Source: Torpedo marmorata (lineage: Eukaryota). From it: a DNA stretch of 64,000 nucleotides. The notes under the pieces were generated by a model, which was given only the letters and a program-made list of their open reading frames with translations, did no database searches and had not been told where the DNA came from. Each line of letters opens with the position of its first letter. Position 1 is the first letter of the stretch. This document shows positions 14,136 through 26,944 of the stretch, piece after piece. The stretch lies in the NCBI GenBank assembly GCA_977017645.1, contig OZ360245.1, forward strand, positions 40,486,001-40,550,000. The letters run 5' to 3'. The position numbers and the translations under genes were made by a program.

Positions 14136-15119
14136 TTTGCAATATTTTGTCATGTACATAAGCTATTGAAAGGCAGCACAGTATCCTGGATTAGTTGGGG
14201 TGAAAGTATAGTGAAGTGTACCACATCTGATCACTACCCAATAACTCTGTCCTGGTTCATATGAATGAACCAGGGATGTAATAACAGATATTATGCTTCT
14301 TCATACACAAAGAGTCACACAGACTATTAAGGCGGGATACTGGAAGGCAGATGGTTTCCACTGTATTTTAGCCCCAGCAAGGAGGATTTATAATGTGGTA
14401 AAAATACTGGATCTCTAAAATTTCATTAATAATTATAGTCAGAATTATTCTCAAAGCTCCACCAATGCAAATGTTGTGGTTAGAAGCTCTGCAAATGTTA
14501 CTTGCACCTCTAGCATTTTCCATTCTTATTTTGTGGGTTAGATATCAGATTTAATATTAATATTTCCAACCATGAAGGTGACTATTAAGGCTAGTATGGT
14601 GAGCAGATAAATATCAGTTGAAACTTAATGTGTAGAAACAGGAAGAGGTTCACTTCTGTAAGAGGTGTAGAGCAACACAGTCGGATGCACGAATATTTAA
14701 AACTGGAAGGGCCATGCGAAAAAGTAGTAAAAACAAAATGGGTTCAAAAACCAAAGGTAATGCTAAATGTGTGTGAGCGAGTGGTTGCACTGCATTCAAA
14801 ACATGGCCCCCAATTTAGTCAGGACGACTTGGACAAGAACTTAATGGTCAGTGCAAAATAAGTTTATGCTGGGAGTGAGAGGTTTTAGAGGTGATGAGAC
14901 AAGAGCAATTTTTAATTTTACCTGTAATACAAAACTCTAGGGGAACTGTAAGATGAATTTTGATCATATAAGGAGAAGGTAATTTGATTAGTATACTGGA
15001 TTCACAATACTGTATTATAAATTCAAGATCATATGGTAGGTTAGAATATTTTTCATACAGGGACTGTTGGGTTAACCTTTTTCAGATGTATAAATTTGAA
15101 TATACAATTTGAATCTTCT

Positions 15120-16325
15120 TGTTTGCAAATGAAGACATTCCAGTATCAAGTACCTCGTATTTCACCTTGGGAGCCGACAACCCATTGGTATGAGCAATGA
15201 ATTTTGCAATTTCAGGTAACTCTTACCGCCTCTTCCCGTCTCTCCTTCTGGTCAACTTCTGCTCGTCCCATACTTGCGCTCCAGCCCCCCACTCCCACTG
15301 TACACCCTCCCCCATGTTGACCTTTCTGCTCTTCATCTCTTCCCTAATGGTTCTCATTATCACCTTCCTCACTGATCAGATTCCAGTACAGGCATACCCT
15401 GTATAACACGGTTTTGTATAGCGCGGGTTTTGATATAACACGGTTTATAATTTTAATATAATAATAACCAAATATTGTTAAATTTTATTAATATTGCATT
15501 ACCAACAGTGGCACAATAATTTAACAATGCTCGCCGATTTTTTATTTGAAACTTTGGACTGTGACAATGTGAACTTGATGATGAAACTCTCATTGAAATG
15601 GATCAACAATTTTTATATGAAGATGAGCTGCAAAATGAAGATGTTAATGAAGTGCCAATGAAAGAATTCACCTTAGAGAAATTATCAACGTTTATTGGAA
15701 AAATCAACGATGCTTGCGATTACCTTATGGATGTAGAACCAAACATCGAGAGAAGCATTAGAGTTCGGCAAGAATTGCAAAATGCTATTCGATGTTATAA
15801 AGATATGCATGATGAAAAAAAAAACTAAAGAAGTGCAAACTACAATAGACAAATATTTTCTTAAATAAACAATGTTCACTTATTGCCAATAAAGATCTTT
15901 GTCATTTTTCAGTTTTATATATCCCTTTTATATATTTTATGCACATTTGCATAAGAGTTCTAGGTAAAAGAATAAATAATTTTAGGATTGGAACGTATTA
16001 CATTAAAGTGCATTGTAATAATGCTTTGAACAGTGCGGTTTTCCATAACTGAACTTGCTTGGAATGTATTACCCGTTTTATACAAGGTATGCCTGTACTT
16101 GTAGCCTGTGTGTCCTTGCTTTGCACCCTCCTGCCCCTGGCTCCATCTGCCTATTTGTTCCTCAAGGAACAAATATCACACCTGCTTCCGTTTTCCAATT
16201 CCACCCCTCCCTCCACCTGGCTCCTTCTGCCCATCATTCCTCACCCCTCCTTGGTCCACCTATGACCTAACAGCCCCTCTCTCACTGTTTCCCCTCGCCA
16301 CTTCGATATTCCTCCACTCACCCCT
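15120..16325 (+). mobile_element. Degraded Penelope-like 3' region interrupted by a Tigger derivative
   Basis: cctcgtatttcaccttggg...caacccattggtatgagcaatgaatttt..aatttcaggtaa followed by C/T-rich tracts on both sides of 15389-16095. Confidence 0.5.
15389..16095 (+). mobile_element. Internally deleted Tigger/pogo DNA transposon retaining the transposase C-terminus
   Basis: TA|caggcataccctgtataacacgg ... ccgttttatacaaggtatgcctg|TA. ORF 15598-15828 (FTLEKL..DVEPNIERSIRVRQELQNAIRCYKDMHDEKK) continues after a frameshift in the A-run as QTTIDKYFLK*. Confidence 0.88.
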
Positions 16326-16429
16326 CAAAAGATACTGCAGCAATTTATTATTGGTCCCAGCATCCCCACATATTCCTGCATCTGTGTGTTTCATTGTTTC
16401 ACAATTTCCAAGGATCAATAATTTTACTT

Positions 16430-16668
16430 TTTAACATAATGGATCTGACTGGCGAACCTGTGTTCCACTATAAAATTAGGTTACAGTAGTTTTGTTTAGA
16501 GTGACATTCTCCTTACTTTATCTTTTTCTTCCTTCTTTCTTTTTTCGGGAGGGTTAGGGAAGGTGGAGGGAGGGAGGGGAGGGTGAAAATGTATCACATG
16601 TAATCGGATAATTTTGCATTTTAAACTATGATTTAAAATCTTTTAAATAAAATATTTTTTTTTAAAAA
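16430..16668 (+). mobile_element. L1/Tx1-like LINE 3' UTR fragment
   Basis: Same pyrimidine tract, G-rich tract, tatcacatgta and aaataaaat architecture as the 3' ends at 48100, 55830 and 61800. Confidence 0.7.
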
Positions 16669-17689
16669 CCTATATTTTTGGGCTTAATGGCCTGGATTTT
16701 CCAAAGTTCTCATTATTACTGTTGGGAAACTGGGATACTCACGCAACAGGGGAAAGTAATGGAGATGGGCTCATCCACTGTGGAGCTATTTTACAGGTTG
16801 ATCTTAAGGTATTTTCCTGGGGCCAATTTGCTTTGATCTGTGTGTCAGAGAATATCAATTGAACTGTGGCTCTATTTTTAGCAGATCAATGAATTGGTGC
16901 ACATGGCCCATCTGTGAATATTTGCAGTGGATTATGTTAAACAACAGTTGGCCACATCTTCCTAGGTTAAATGCCCTTGCTCACTGATGACTTCGGTGCC
17001 AACTGTGCACTTACTTTTTGCTGATCCTTTAATGTCAACATTCTGTTTTGACCCATCCTGTTCTAGAGAGGCACTGCACAGCCACAGTCACATGATGCAA
17101 TGGTGAATTCTGACAAACTCCGCAAACAAAAACGCTGAGTGAAAAATCTGTCAACTAGTAAAGTTACATCCCAAGCTTTACCAGCTGTCAAGAACTATGA
17201 ATTCTTCTAAATGTCTCTGACATTCAGGAAAATCCAAATTCAATCAAACAACACATTTAAAAATAAAATGTTAAAAATAAAGAAATCACTTAAAACACTT
17301 TAAAATATTTTAAAAACATGAACACAAACTTAATGTATCCAATATTATGTGAATTGCCTTGCTCTTCTCTCTCATACTTGTTTCTCTCTATTCAGGAGTA
17401 AAGGCTAGCGCTTCCTAATGCAGGTTCAGTGGAAAGTTTTCCCAGCGCAATTGCAGGGCGGGGTCTTCTGAAAGTTCACAGATCACTGGTAGAGTCCATA
17501 AGAAACAGTGAGGAAACTGCCAGCAGAATTGGCCGAGGAAGTTGGAGACTCTCACAATTGTGCAGGAATCCCCCAGACTCCTAACACTTGGGAGTTAATG
17601 CTCAGTTTAAGCAATCTCAGACTAGTGTCTGTAGGAGACCTGAGGTCATGCTACATTTTAAATAAATGACCAAATTAGCCATTGGGAAT

Positions 17690-18560
17690 GTCCAAAAGTA
17701 TTGTTTATGTGGACCTCCAGGGATGTTTCAGTAAAAGACAGCTAAATTAGAAACTCATGGAATTGAAGGAGAATTTAGCAGTTTAACATACAGACTGAAC
17801 GGCAGCAAACAAGTGGTAGGGTTAAAGGTGGGTATTTCATGTTGGCAGCATGACTAAAATTGGCATTGAGTTTGCAAAGATTTATTGTACTTCGTGACAA
17901 GATACAAAACAACATATTTAATTTGCCTGACATAAGGACATGCAAAACTGGAAGCATTAGAGATGAGAGCCTTAAATTATAAAGAGCTAATGGATTAAGC
18001 AAATGGGCAAAACAGGATTGACAAGACTCGAGAGAATACATACTGGATGTTGTTAAACCAGAAACAGTGGAGATCCAAAGAGGATTGGATAAATCATTAA
18101 AATGTCACGGACGGGTACAGAAAATAATAAGGCAAATGGAGTACTGGCTTTTACATTGAGCGAACTAGAATGAACGGGGGTTCTCAAATGTTAAGATTAG
18201 GGTTAGACCGCGCCTGGAGTACTGGAAGCAGTGCCTTACACAGATAGTTTTGCCTTGGAAAGAGCAGATTTATCACAATAATACCTGAATTCTGATATGA
18301 AAACCGAATCCCAACAATTACATTGCAAATTGAAATTATTCAAATTGCATTTCATACCATTTGGAAAGTCAAAGGGTTACCTGAAGCAAGCTTTCAAAAT
18401 ATTAAAGGGAAAACACACTAAATAAAGCATTCCCACTTATTTTCTTGTTTAGGATGAAATGGCAGAGTCTAAACATTGAAATCGGGAGTGAACCCAGAAA
18501 ACATTTATACTCATAAGTGACAGTAGAAATCTGTAACTGTTAAATTTAGACATGAGGTTG
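17690..18560 (+). mobile_element. Highly degraded CR1-like LINE remnant
   Basis: Residual motifs tttatgtggac, aaatttagaa..catggaattgaagg-like, aatttgcctga, gttagaccgcgcctggagtactg; no intact frame. Confidence 0.55.
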
Positions 18561-19506
18561 TTAGTTTTTGTTTAAAGCAATGGAATCTTCCCATTAGACA
18601 ATCCCCTGGGATTGACAAAGACTTGCCTCCACTCTGGTTCTGAGGTACCTGGTGAGACCAGTGTGGGACCAATAGCCTGCACCAACCATTGGGCAGGAGG
18701 TTGCTGATGGTGTGGATGGGGACGTAGTATGTGAAGCGTTTGGTTCATTCTACTGATTATGCTGGCATCTGCGTGTTGCCATCTCATGATCTGGAGGTTC
18801 CCAGTGCCCTCCTGATGGTGCCTCTTCAACTTTAGCGGTCAGGGGCTAGGAATTCCTAGGAATTGGTGGCATTTTTTTCCCAAGCAGGTGGGTATATGAG
18901 GTAACAGATCTGCCATGTTCTTGCTGAATGCCAGAGCAGGATCGGGGAACTAAATGGGTGTGTTCCATTACCACATTGATCTTGTAAAATTTGCAGAGAG
19001 AAGGGGTCTGAGAGGGGTGGGAAGAGAGATGAAGGTGGAAGGATAGAGAAATGAGTAAAGTAGCAAGATGGGAAGGAAAGAGAAAGGGTTTGGGAAGTCA
19101 TTGATTTAGAAATTATTATAAAAATCTGTTGACTGCAAAACATCACCTGTATTCACAGTGACTTAATGTTGGTAAAATCATGGATCATAGTCTGTTCAGG
19201 TTCAGACTAATAATGTTTCTTAGTATTGAAATACAAGAGTGTGTAGTTTGAGTCCTGATGTCGCTCTTCAGTTTAGAGAGGTGCCAAAGCAAACAAGGTC
19301 CACACTGGAGAGTAGAACTCAAACCGGAATAATGGTCTTGGTGCCTACAAGCAGGCGCTCCTGGAATGTCCTAGTGTTGGCAAAATGAAATGAAAATGTC
19401 CAGCAATGATGAGCTGTCCTTCCTTTTCACACCAGCTTTCATGGAACAAGAGCCCATCTTTAGTCTCAATCAGGATGGTTCGGTGGGATCATGCAACTTT
19501 GTAGCA

Positions 19507-19584
19507 TTAACTGAGAGACACAGCCAAAGCAATGATGATAACCAACAGTACTATTGCAATGCAAATTCCAATAAAGATCATTTT
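19507..19584 (-). CDS. stx1a: Alternative terminal transmembrane exon ('10a'), KMIFIGICIAIVLLVIIIALAVSLS*
   Basis: Strong acceptor ttttcttcccttcctacag|AAA, phase 0 matching both exon 9 versions. It reads Lys plus 24 uncharged, mostly hydrophobic residues then TAA, which is a typical syntaxin tail anchor. Confidence 0.83.
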   Translation of the reverse strand, partial: KMIFIGICIAIVLLVIIIALAVSLS

Positions 19585-19621
19585 CTGTAGGAAGGGAAGA
19601 AAACAATCAGATGAGGCTCAG

Positions 19622-19627
19622 CATGCA
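19622..19627 (-). promoter_or_regulatory. UGCAUG (RBFOX) motif about 38 nt upstream of the alternative TM exon; a second copy lies at 19490-19495 just after its stop
   Basis: catgca on the + strand at both positions. Upstream or exonic position is the established repressive geometry. Confidence 0.45.
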
Positions 19628-20909
19628 GAAAAAAACAGCAGCAACAAATAAAACATTCAGAATGTGATGCAGAGTCTTGGTTGACCACTGAGCGTCTTTC
19701 ACATATTGGAATAATATGCTCTCAAACTGTGACAGGATGTCAAAATTGTCCTTGCGTGCCAATGACTCAAAGTTGGACAATGTTGGACGACCAATTGAAT
19801 AACCAGATGTAAAATTGTGCCAGTGAGTGTTAAGAACATCTGGTCCCCACAGAGCACTCAGAAATGTCTCAAAATGAGAACCTCCAGATACCATGGACAT
19901 TGACTGCAGAGTGCTTGGGTGTCGGGTCAGGGATATTGCCTTTCAGTTTGGATGGACTCAGCGACCAGCTGTAGACAGGCATCATTAGAAGACTTCACTG
20001 CTTTCCTTACAAGCACTAAGTATCCTTCCCACAGATCAATGCCCAGCACCAATAATGTGGCCAGGCAATATAAAGCTGGTGGTACAACCAAAATAGAAGG
20101 ATGTGCATACTGTCCCTCTCTGCTCTCTCCAGGGCAATGAGGTGACAATCAGGTTCCCCGTTCAGCACACCATCCACCTTGGGGATCAGCTTTACTTAGA
20201 TAGGCACAGAGTTAACCTTAAAAAGCACACAGCAGCAAAACTCTCAGGAAACATTTAGCATTGGATGCAAGCAACAATCACCAAGCCTTAGAATATCTGC
20301 ATTTTAACAACAGTAGAGAGATTGTGGCAAAATGATAACAAATAATCTATGAGTATCTGAAAATGCACCTGTAACTTGCTTTATGCATCGACGCGCAACT
20401 GCTTATCTGTTAGCGTCAGCTTGAGAGATGCCAGCACGCATGTCAATGGTGGCAGTGATTACAACAATCATTGATAAAGTGATATGGGGGTGGGGTAGGG
20501 AAGGGGGAGTGGGATGTTGATCTGCTTGCACTGTGCCATCACTCTAGGTGGTTTCATTGAAAAGGCATTGCAGATCAATCACTTGCCTTTGTCTCCGTTC
20601 TCTGGTGTGAGAGTACAGTATTGGCAGCTAGTGCTACACGCCCAGAGACTAAACTGGTCAGCCTGTCTACCTTCAATTTTCTATCGTCCCAGAAATAAAG
20701 GTGGAGATAAATCCCCAAATGAAAGGCAAAATTATGAAGTAGCAACAAAGGCCATAATGTGTGAGCATCAACAACGACCTGGCGCATACAGTAAATGCAA
20801 TTCCCTTCCAACGCCCAGGACATTAAACATTTAATCCAAAACATTAACTCTGTTTCTCTTTCACAGATGCTGCCTGAATTGCTGTGTATTTCCAGCATTT
20901 ACAATGCAT

Positions 20910-23180
20910 AAACGTGCTGGAGAAACTCAGCAGGTCACGTAACATCCATAGGAAGTCAAAGAAAATCAAAATTTCGGGCCTGAGCCTTTCATCAGGAACG
21001 TTTCTGATGAAGATCAGATTTTGAGAGTGCAAAAGCTTTATGTTCCTGTTAGGTTAAAAGGAGGGGCAAAAGGTTTGAGAGAGCCGTGGTTTTCGAGGAA
21101 TATTGGAAACTTGGTTCGAAAAAAAAGGGAGGCATACATTAAGTATAAGAAGTATGGAATTAAGGAGATGTTTGAAAAATACATTGAATGTAAAAGGAAC
21201 CTTAAGAGAGGAATTAGGAAAGCTAAAAGAAGGTACGAGGAGACTATAGCAAGCAGGGAAGCAGGGTGAAAATTAATCCAAAAGGTTTCTACAAATACGT
21301 TAATGGTAAAAGGAAAGCGAGGGACAAAATTGGTCCCTTAGAGAATCAGAGCGGAAAACTGTGTGTGGAGCCTAGAAAAATGGGGGAGATATTGAACAGT
21401 TTCTTTTCTTCAGTATTCACCAAGGAGAAGGATATTGGGATATGTGAGATAAAAAAAAGCAAATTGGGTAAATATGGAGAATATAGTGATTACGAAGGAT
21501 GTAGTGTTAGGGCTTTTGAGGCATATAAAGGTGGATAAGTCTCCGGGACCCGACGGGATCTTCCCCAGGACCTTGAGAGAAGTAAGTGAGGAAATAGCAG
21601 AGGCTCTGACGGTGATTTTCCAAATGTCATTAGAGATGGGGATAGTGCCGGAGGATTGGTGTATTGCGCATGTGGTTCCGTTATTTAAAAAGGGTTCAAG
21701 GAGGAAGCCTGGCAATTATCGGCCTGTAAGTTTGACGTCTGTGGTAGGTAAATTAATGGAGAAAGTTCTTAGAGATAGTACGGTACTTGTAAATATCTGG
21801 ATAGACAGGGTCTGATCAGGAACACTCAACACGGATTTGTGAGCGGAAGGTCCTGTTTGACCAATCTGATTGAATTTTTTGAAGAGGTGACTAGGAATGT
21901 GGATGAGGGTAGCGCGGTGGATGTTGTCTATATGGACTTCAGTAAGGCCTTCGATAAGGTACCACATGGAAGGTTAGTTAGGAAGGTGCAGTCTTTAGGT
22001 ATAAATTTTGAGATAGTCAAATGGATTGAACATTGGCTGAAAGGGAGAGGCCAGAGAGTGGTAGTGGATAATTGTCTGTCAGGTTGGAGGCCGGTGACCA
22101 GCGGTGTGCCTCAGGGATCTGTATTGGGCCCATTGTTGTTCGTTATATACATTAATGATCTCGATGATGGGGTGGTGAACTGGATTAGTAAATATGCAGA
22201 CGATACTAAGATAGGTGGAATAGTGGATAATGATTGCAGAGGGATTTGGGCTGCTTAGAAAAGTGGGCTGAAAAATGGCAAATAGAGTTTAATGCTGATA
22301 AGTGTGAGGTGCTTCATTTTGGTAAGAAGAATCAGAACAGGACATACGTAGTAAATGGGAGAGCATTGATGAATACAGAAGAGCAGAAAGATTTAGGAGT
22401 AACGGTGCATCGTTCCCTGAAGGTAGAAACTCATGTGAATAGGGTGGTGAAGAAGGCTTTTAGTATGCTGGCCTTTATCAATCATTGCATAGAATATAGG
22501 AGTTGGGAAGTGATGTTGAGATTATATAAGGCATTGGTGCGGCCTAATTTAGAGCTCTGTGTGCAGTTCTGGTCGCCAAATTATAGGAAGGATATCAACA
22601 GAGTGGAGAGAGTGCAGAGAAGATTTACCAGAATGTTACCTGGGTTTAAGCATCTAGAGTACAAGGAGAGATTGAGCAGATTAGGTCTTTATTCTTTGGA
22701 GCGTAGAAGGTTGAGAGGGGATTTGATAGAGGTATTTAAGATTATGAAAGGGATAGACAGAGTGGATGTGGATAGACTATTTCCATTAAGAGTAGGAGAG
22801 ATTGAAACAAGAGGACATGAGTTAAGAGTTAAGGGGCAGAGGTTTAGAGGTAACATGAGGGGGAACTTCTTTACTCAGAGAGTGGTAGCGGTGTGGAATG
22901 AGCTTCCGGGAGAAGTAGTGGCGGCAGAGTCAATTTTATTATTTAAGAAAAAGTTGGACAGGTATATGGATGAGAAGGAGGTGGAGGGTTATGGGCAGGG
23001 TGCAGGTAGGTGGGACTAGAGAGGAGTGTTTGGTTCGGTGCGGACTAGAAGGGCCTAATGGCCTGTTTCCGTGCTGTAATTGTTATATGGTTATATAAGG
23101 GCTCAGGCCTTAAATGTTTATTGCATTTTACTTCCTCTGGGTGCTGCGTGACCTGCAGACTTTCTCCAGCACTTCTGTGT
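20910..23180. mobile_element. Palindromic Penelope-end element (arms about 20910-21000 and 21001-21012 plus 23097-23180) split by a CR1 insertion
   Basis: Removing 21013-23099 restores cctgagcctttcatcaggaacgtttctgatgaagggctcagg, and the two arms are reverse complements. Confidence 0.75.
21013..23096 (+). mobile_element. 5'-truncated CR1 LINE, RT and C-terminal region with a few frameshifts
   Basis: ORFs 21021-23019 contain [40 protein letters not shown] and SLERRRLRGD. Tail gttatatggttatat; possible AAG TSD. Confidence 0.96.
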
Positions 23181-24031
23181 ACTGCACTCGATCCTTGTTT
23201 AACTTTTATTTCCAGCATTTTCTGTTTTTATCCTGGGTGTTTTGTAAGCGGTGATTAAAACTTAGTAAAATAGATGCATGGACAATTATTGAAAGTACAT
23301 TGTCATATTATTGCATCCGTGAATGCAAATTGGCAATATAGATCTTTGTATTATTTCCCATTCTGGCACCATGACCCGCCTGATTATTACATGATAGGTG
23401 GGAGGGAAATCTACACTATCGTAGAACTTGTGCACTGGTAATTAAGGCCCATGTTTACAAATTGTTTATTTACTAACTATTTAGTGATCATATCTTTCAT
23501 TACTATGATACTGTCTACCTCCTCTACTACCATCCTTAGAAATTTGATACAAAGCTCGAGCATCTATTTTTCTCACCCAGAGGGAAAATGTTCTGGTAGG
23601 AACTAAATCCAGGCATCTACCATTATTTTGGGTGCATTAATATTTTTCGATTCAGTTTTAATGAGTACATATTTGTCACTGTTATTCAGACGTTTTGAGC
23701 ATTTCTTTTCACCAACTGTTTTTGCTCTTTTTAATGTTTTTTAAAAGCTTTATTGTATCAATATAAATTAAAGCTTCCCAGACATTTCCTGGACCATTTT
23801 ACTATCATCACTATCCACTTACATTTTCCAAAAAAATGAAAGTAATTTTAAACATGCCTTTCTGACACTTGTAGCATTGACACACTATTAGGAAAATCCA
23901 TTGATTTGCTAATCTAACAGTTTTTAAAAAATCCAGTTGTCTTCAATATCATCATTGCCATTTGCCAGCTTGGGACCACCCTGCTTCACTCCAGGCTTAG
24001 AACTGTGGAAGGGCGCTGGAGAAATTGTTGT

Positions 24032-24555
24032 AAGGAGAAGCGGAGGAGATGACCCACGGGACGGAGACCACGGCAGCAGACCAGTGAGGGGCTCTGAGGC
24101 TGAAGGACCAGTGCATGCGGCGGGCTGCTGGCGACTCGAGGCGAGAAACCCGCGGAGGCTGTGGGGCTGCTGGAGACTGATGTCGGGGGACTCACGACGG
24201 GCTGCGGACTGCTGGAGACTGGCTGGAGGAGTACCAGGTATTGGAACCGGGATGCGAGGGGGTGCCGAGGGCGCCTTGACCGTGTTGGAGGTTCGGATCT
24301 GGAGCTCGGGTTGCCATGGTTTGGACTGGACTCTGTGTGGCTGCAGAGGCTGCGGAAGCGCTGGAGGTGAATCTACGGACACTCGGTGATTCTGGGGGGA
24401 CTCTCTTTTGCTTCTCTTTCTCTGACTGTAAGGAATGTTAGAGGCGCTTAGGCAATTTCTGCCGGTGGCGAATCTGTCTGCCTTGCAGCAGGCAAAAAGT
24501 AATTTCATGGAATATGACACTGTCTTATTACTATGACAATAAATTGAATCTTGAA
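24032..24555 (+). mobile_element. 5'-truncated copy of the GC-rich non-coding retroposon
   Basis: Closely similar to 43560-44086 and 53105-53518; ends tgacaataaattgaatcttga. Confidence 0.85.
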
Positions 24556-24825
24556 ATTTTGTACATTTGAGGTTCTTGAGGATGTTACAGAGGAAACTCT
24601 TGTAGATCAGATGGAAAGGCAGGGGAGCATTAGCAGGTGAAATTTAATTTGAGGTGATGCATTTTGAAAATTCAAACAGGAGTAGGACATGTACAGTAAA
24701 TGGAAGGCCGCAAGAAATGTTGGAGTGGCCTAGGGTCCTAGTTCCCCGAAAATGGCAACACAGGTTGATACGCATAAGACACAAATGCTCTCATTGGTCA
24801 GGGCGTAGAATGTACAAGTTTGGAC

Positions 24826-24955
24826 AAGGGCGGCACGGTTATCGTAGCAGTTAGCACAACACCATTACAGCGCCAGCGACCCAGGTTTGAATTTGGCGCT
24901 GTCTGTATGTCCTCCCTGTGTCTGCGTGGGTTTCCTCCGGGTGCTCGAGTTTCCA
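24826..24955 (+). mobile_element. Partial V-SINE (tRNA head and core) following a degraded CR1 remnant at about 24630-24825
   Basis: gggcggcacggtt..gtagcagttagc...ggtttgaattt and gtgtctgcgtgggtttcctccgggtgctc. Confidence 0.75.
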
Positions 24956-25669
24956 GATTCTGTTGTGTGCTACAAATGTTTAATTTAGATTGATAACCAT
25001 TTGGGGTTTAGATGCAATCAGATAACTGTGCCCAAAATATGCTTTTGTTGGGTTACTTCACAAAGCTATTAAAATTAATCTGCATAAAATAAAATCTTCA
25101 ATGAATCAGACCAATGGGCAATAGAGGAGAATATAATCTTTTGTTCATCAAATCTACCAAGAAATATTTACTGCATTTTTATTAATGGAACTTAAAGTGT
25201 GTTTATCATCAAAAATATTTTTTAACCTGTGTCAATTCTTCCACCACTGAGTAACCCGATATAAAGTCAATAAAAATATACTGTATTACTTCATCAGTGT
25301 GCATGCGATAGTTCTATATTTTTAATAATTTAAAAACAATTTTTAAATTTCCATGAGCTCAAATTGAAAAGCCACCCTTAATTAAGATAATCACTACATC
25401 CTTCTGATATCAACTCTGTGTGCATGTGTGGCAGGGGTAGGACATATATTTATGGGTGGAGCTTTAATGACATTTTTGAACTGATTTGGGGAATTCAACC
25501 CAATTGGGCTGATGTAAATAAGTGGAGAAACGTCCGCTTGATTTTTACAAGCATGTCGGAATTGGTTTCTGGGACACGGTAGGACACAGCAAGCATTTAC
25601 CATTGCAGCCTCGATGATGGAGGTATGAACACGGAGTCATGCAGTATAGAAATAGCACTACAAAAGAGC

Positions 25670-26710
25670 ATCAATAGGAGCAGGAGTAAGGCCATCTTCC
25701 AGCCTGGTCTGACTATGGACTCAGCTCCACACACCCTCAATTCCCCTGTTATCCAGAAATCTGTCTGTGTTTTAAATACATTTAATGAGACAGCTTTGTT
25801 TTGTTTTGTTAGGCAGAAAAATCCACAGATTCACTAATCTTGGGGAGAAGCAGTTCCTCCTTATCTCTGTCCAAAGTCTACTCATCCAAATATTGAGGCT
25901 ACGACACCTGCCAGTGGAAATGACCTCCCTGCTTTTACTACATCAATTTCTCTTATAATAATATTCCTCCCTCCTCCTTCTAAACTCCACTGAATATAGT
26001 CCCTGGCTGCTCAATCTCTCCTCACAGGCTAACCCCCTCATTTCCACAGTCAACCTGGAAAACCTCCTCTGCTCCACCTCCAAAGTCTGCCTATTCTTTC
26101 TCAAGTAAAGAGTTCAGAACCGCACACGTTATTCCAGATGCAGCCTCACCAGTACCCTGTATAGTTGCAGCAGAAACTCCCCGCTGACAAGTTCAATCTC
26201 TTCAGCAAAGGACAACATCCCAATTACCTTCTTGATTAACTGCTGCATCTGCAAACTAACTTTTCCAAATTCGTGCACAAGCATTCTCAGATCTCCCTGC
26301 ACAACAGCATGGTGCAAACTTTCACTGTTCAAATAATGTACAATTTACTATTTCATTCCAAAGTGGATGACCTCAAATTTACCAGCATTGTCTTCCTGTG
26401 GCCAGACCCTTGCCCACTCACTTAACCTATCTATATCTCTTTACAGACTGTCCCCTCTGCACAATTTACTTTTCCACTCAATGTAGTATAATCAGCAAAC
26501 TTAGATATGCTACACCTCATCCTCCCTCAAAATCATTTATGTATATTGTGAACAGTTACGGGCCCAGCTCTGATCTCTGCATCACCCACTATTCACCAAA
26601 TGCCAACTAGAAAAAACACGCATTTATCCCAATTCTCTGTCTCTATCGGTTAACCAATCCCCGATCCATGCCAATGTATTACCTTCAACTCCCTGTATCT
26701 TTATTTTATG
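25670..26710 (-). mobile_element. Degraded CR1 LINE 3' region
   Basis: Minus-strand remnants LQLYRVLVRLHLE and QGDLRMLVHE, plus agcaaactt (KFA) and a CR1-like terminus near 25680. Confidence 0.75.
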
Positions 26711-26944
26711 CAGAACCAGTGTTTTGTAAAATTGCAACATAAATGTAGACATAGAGCTTAGTAACAGGCCCTTCCAGCCCACGAACCCGTCCCTCCCCCC
26801 CCACCTTCAAATACACCAATTAGCCTACAACCCCTGTACGTTTTTGAAGGGTGGGAGGAAATCCAGATTCTGACACAGACACAGATCTCAGCATTTGCAT
26901 TGTATTTGCATGTTACAAATTCTGAAGCATTTCTTTAGCAATGA

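Noticed and set aside
20289-20356. Possible third terminal exon (ttttcag|ATACTCATAGAT...TAA)
   Set aside because: Weak pyrimidine tract, and the peptide ILIDYLLSFCHNLSTVVKMQIF* is not syntaxin-like and lacks a clean TM segment.
23924-24520. Long GC-rich ORFs on both strands (also 43546-44147 and 53049-53484)
   Set aside because: They lie in a repeated element, frames are not preserved between copies and no domain is recognisable. High GC content explains the lack of stops.
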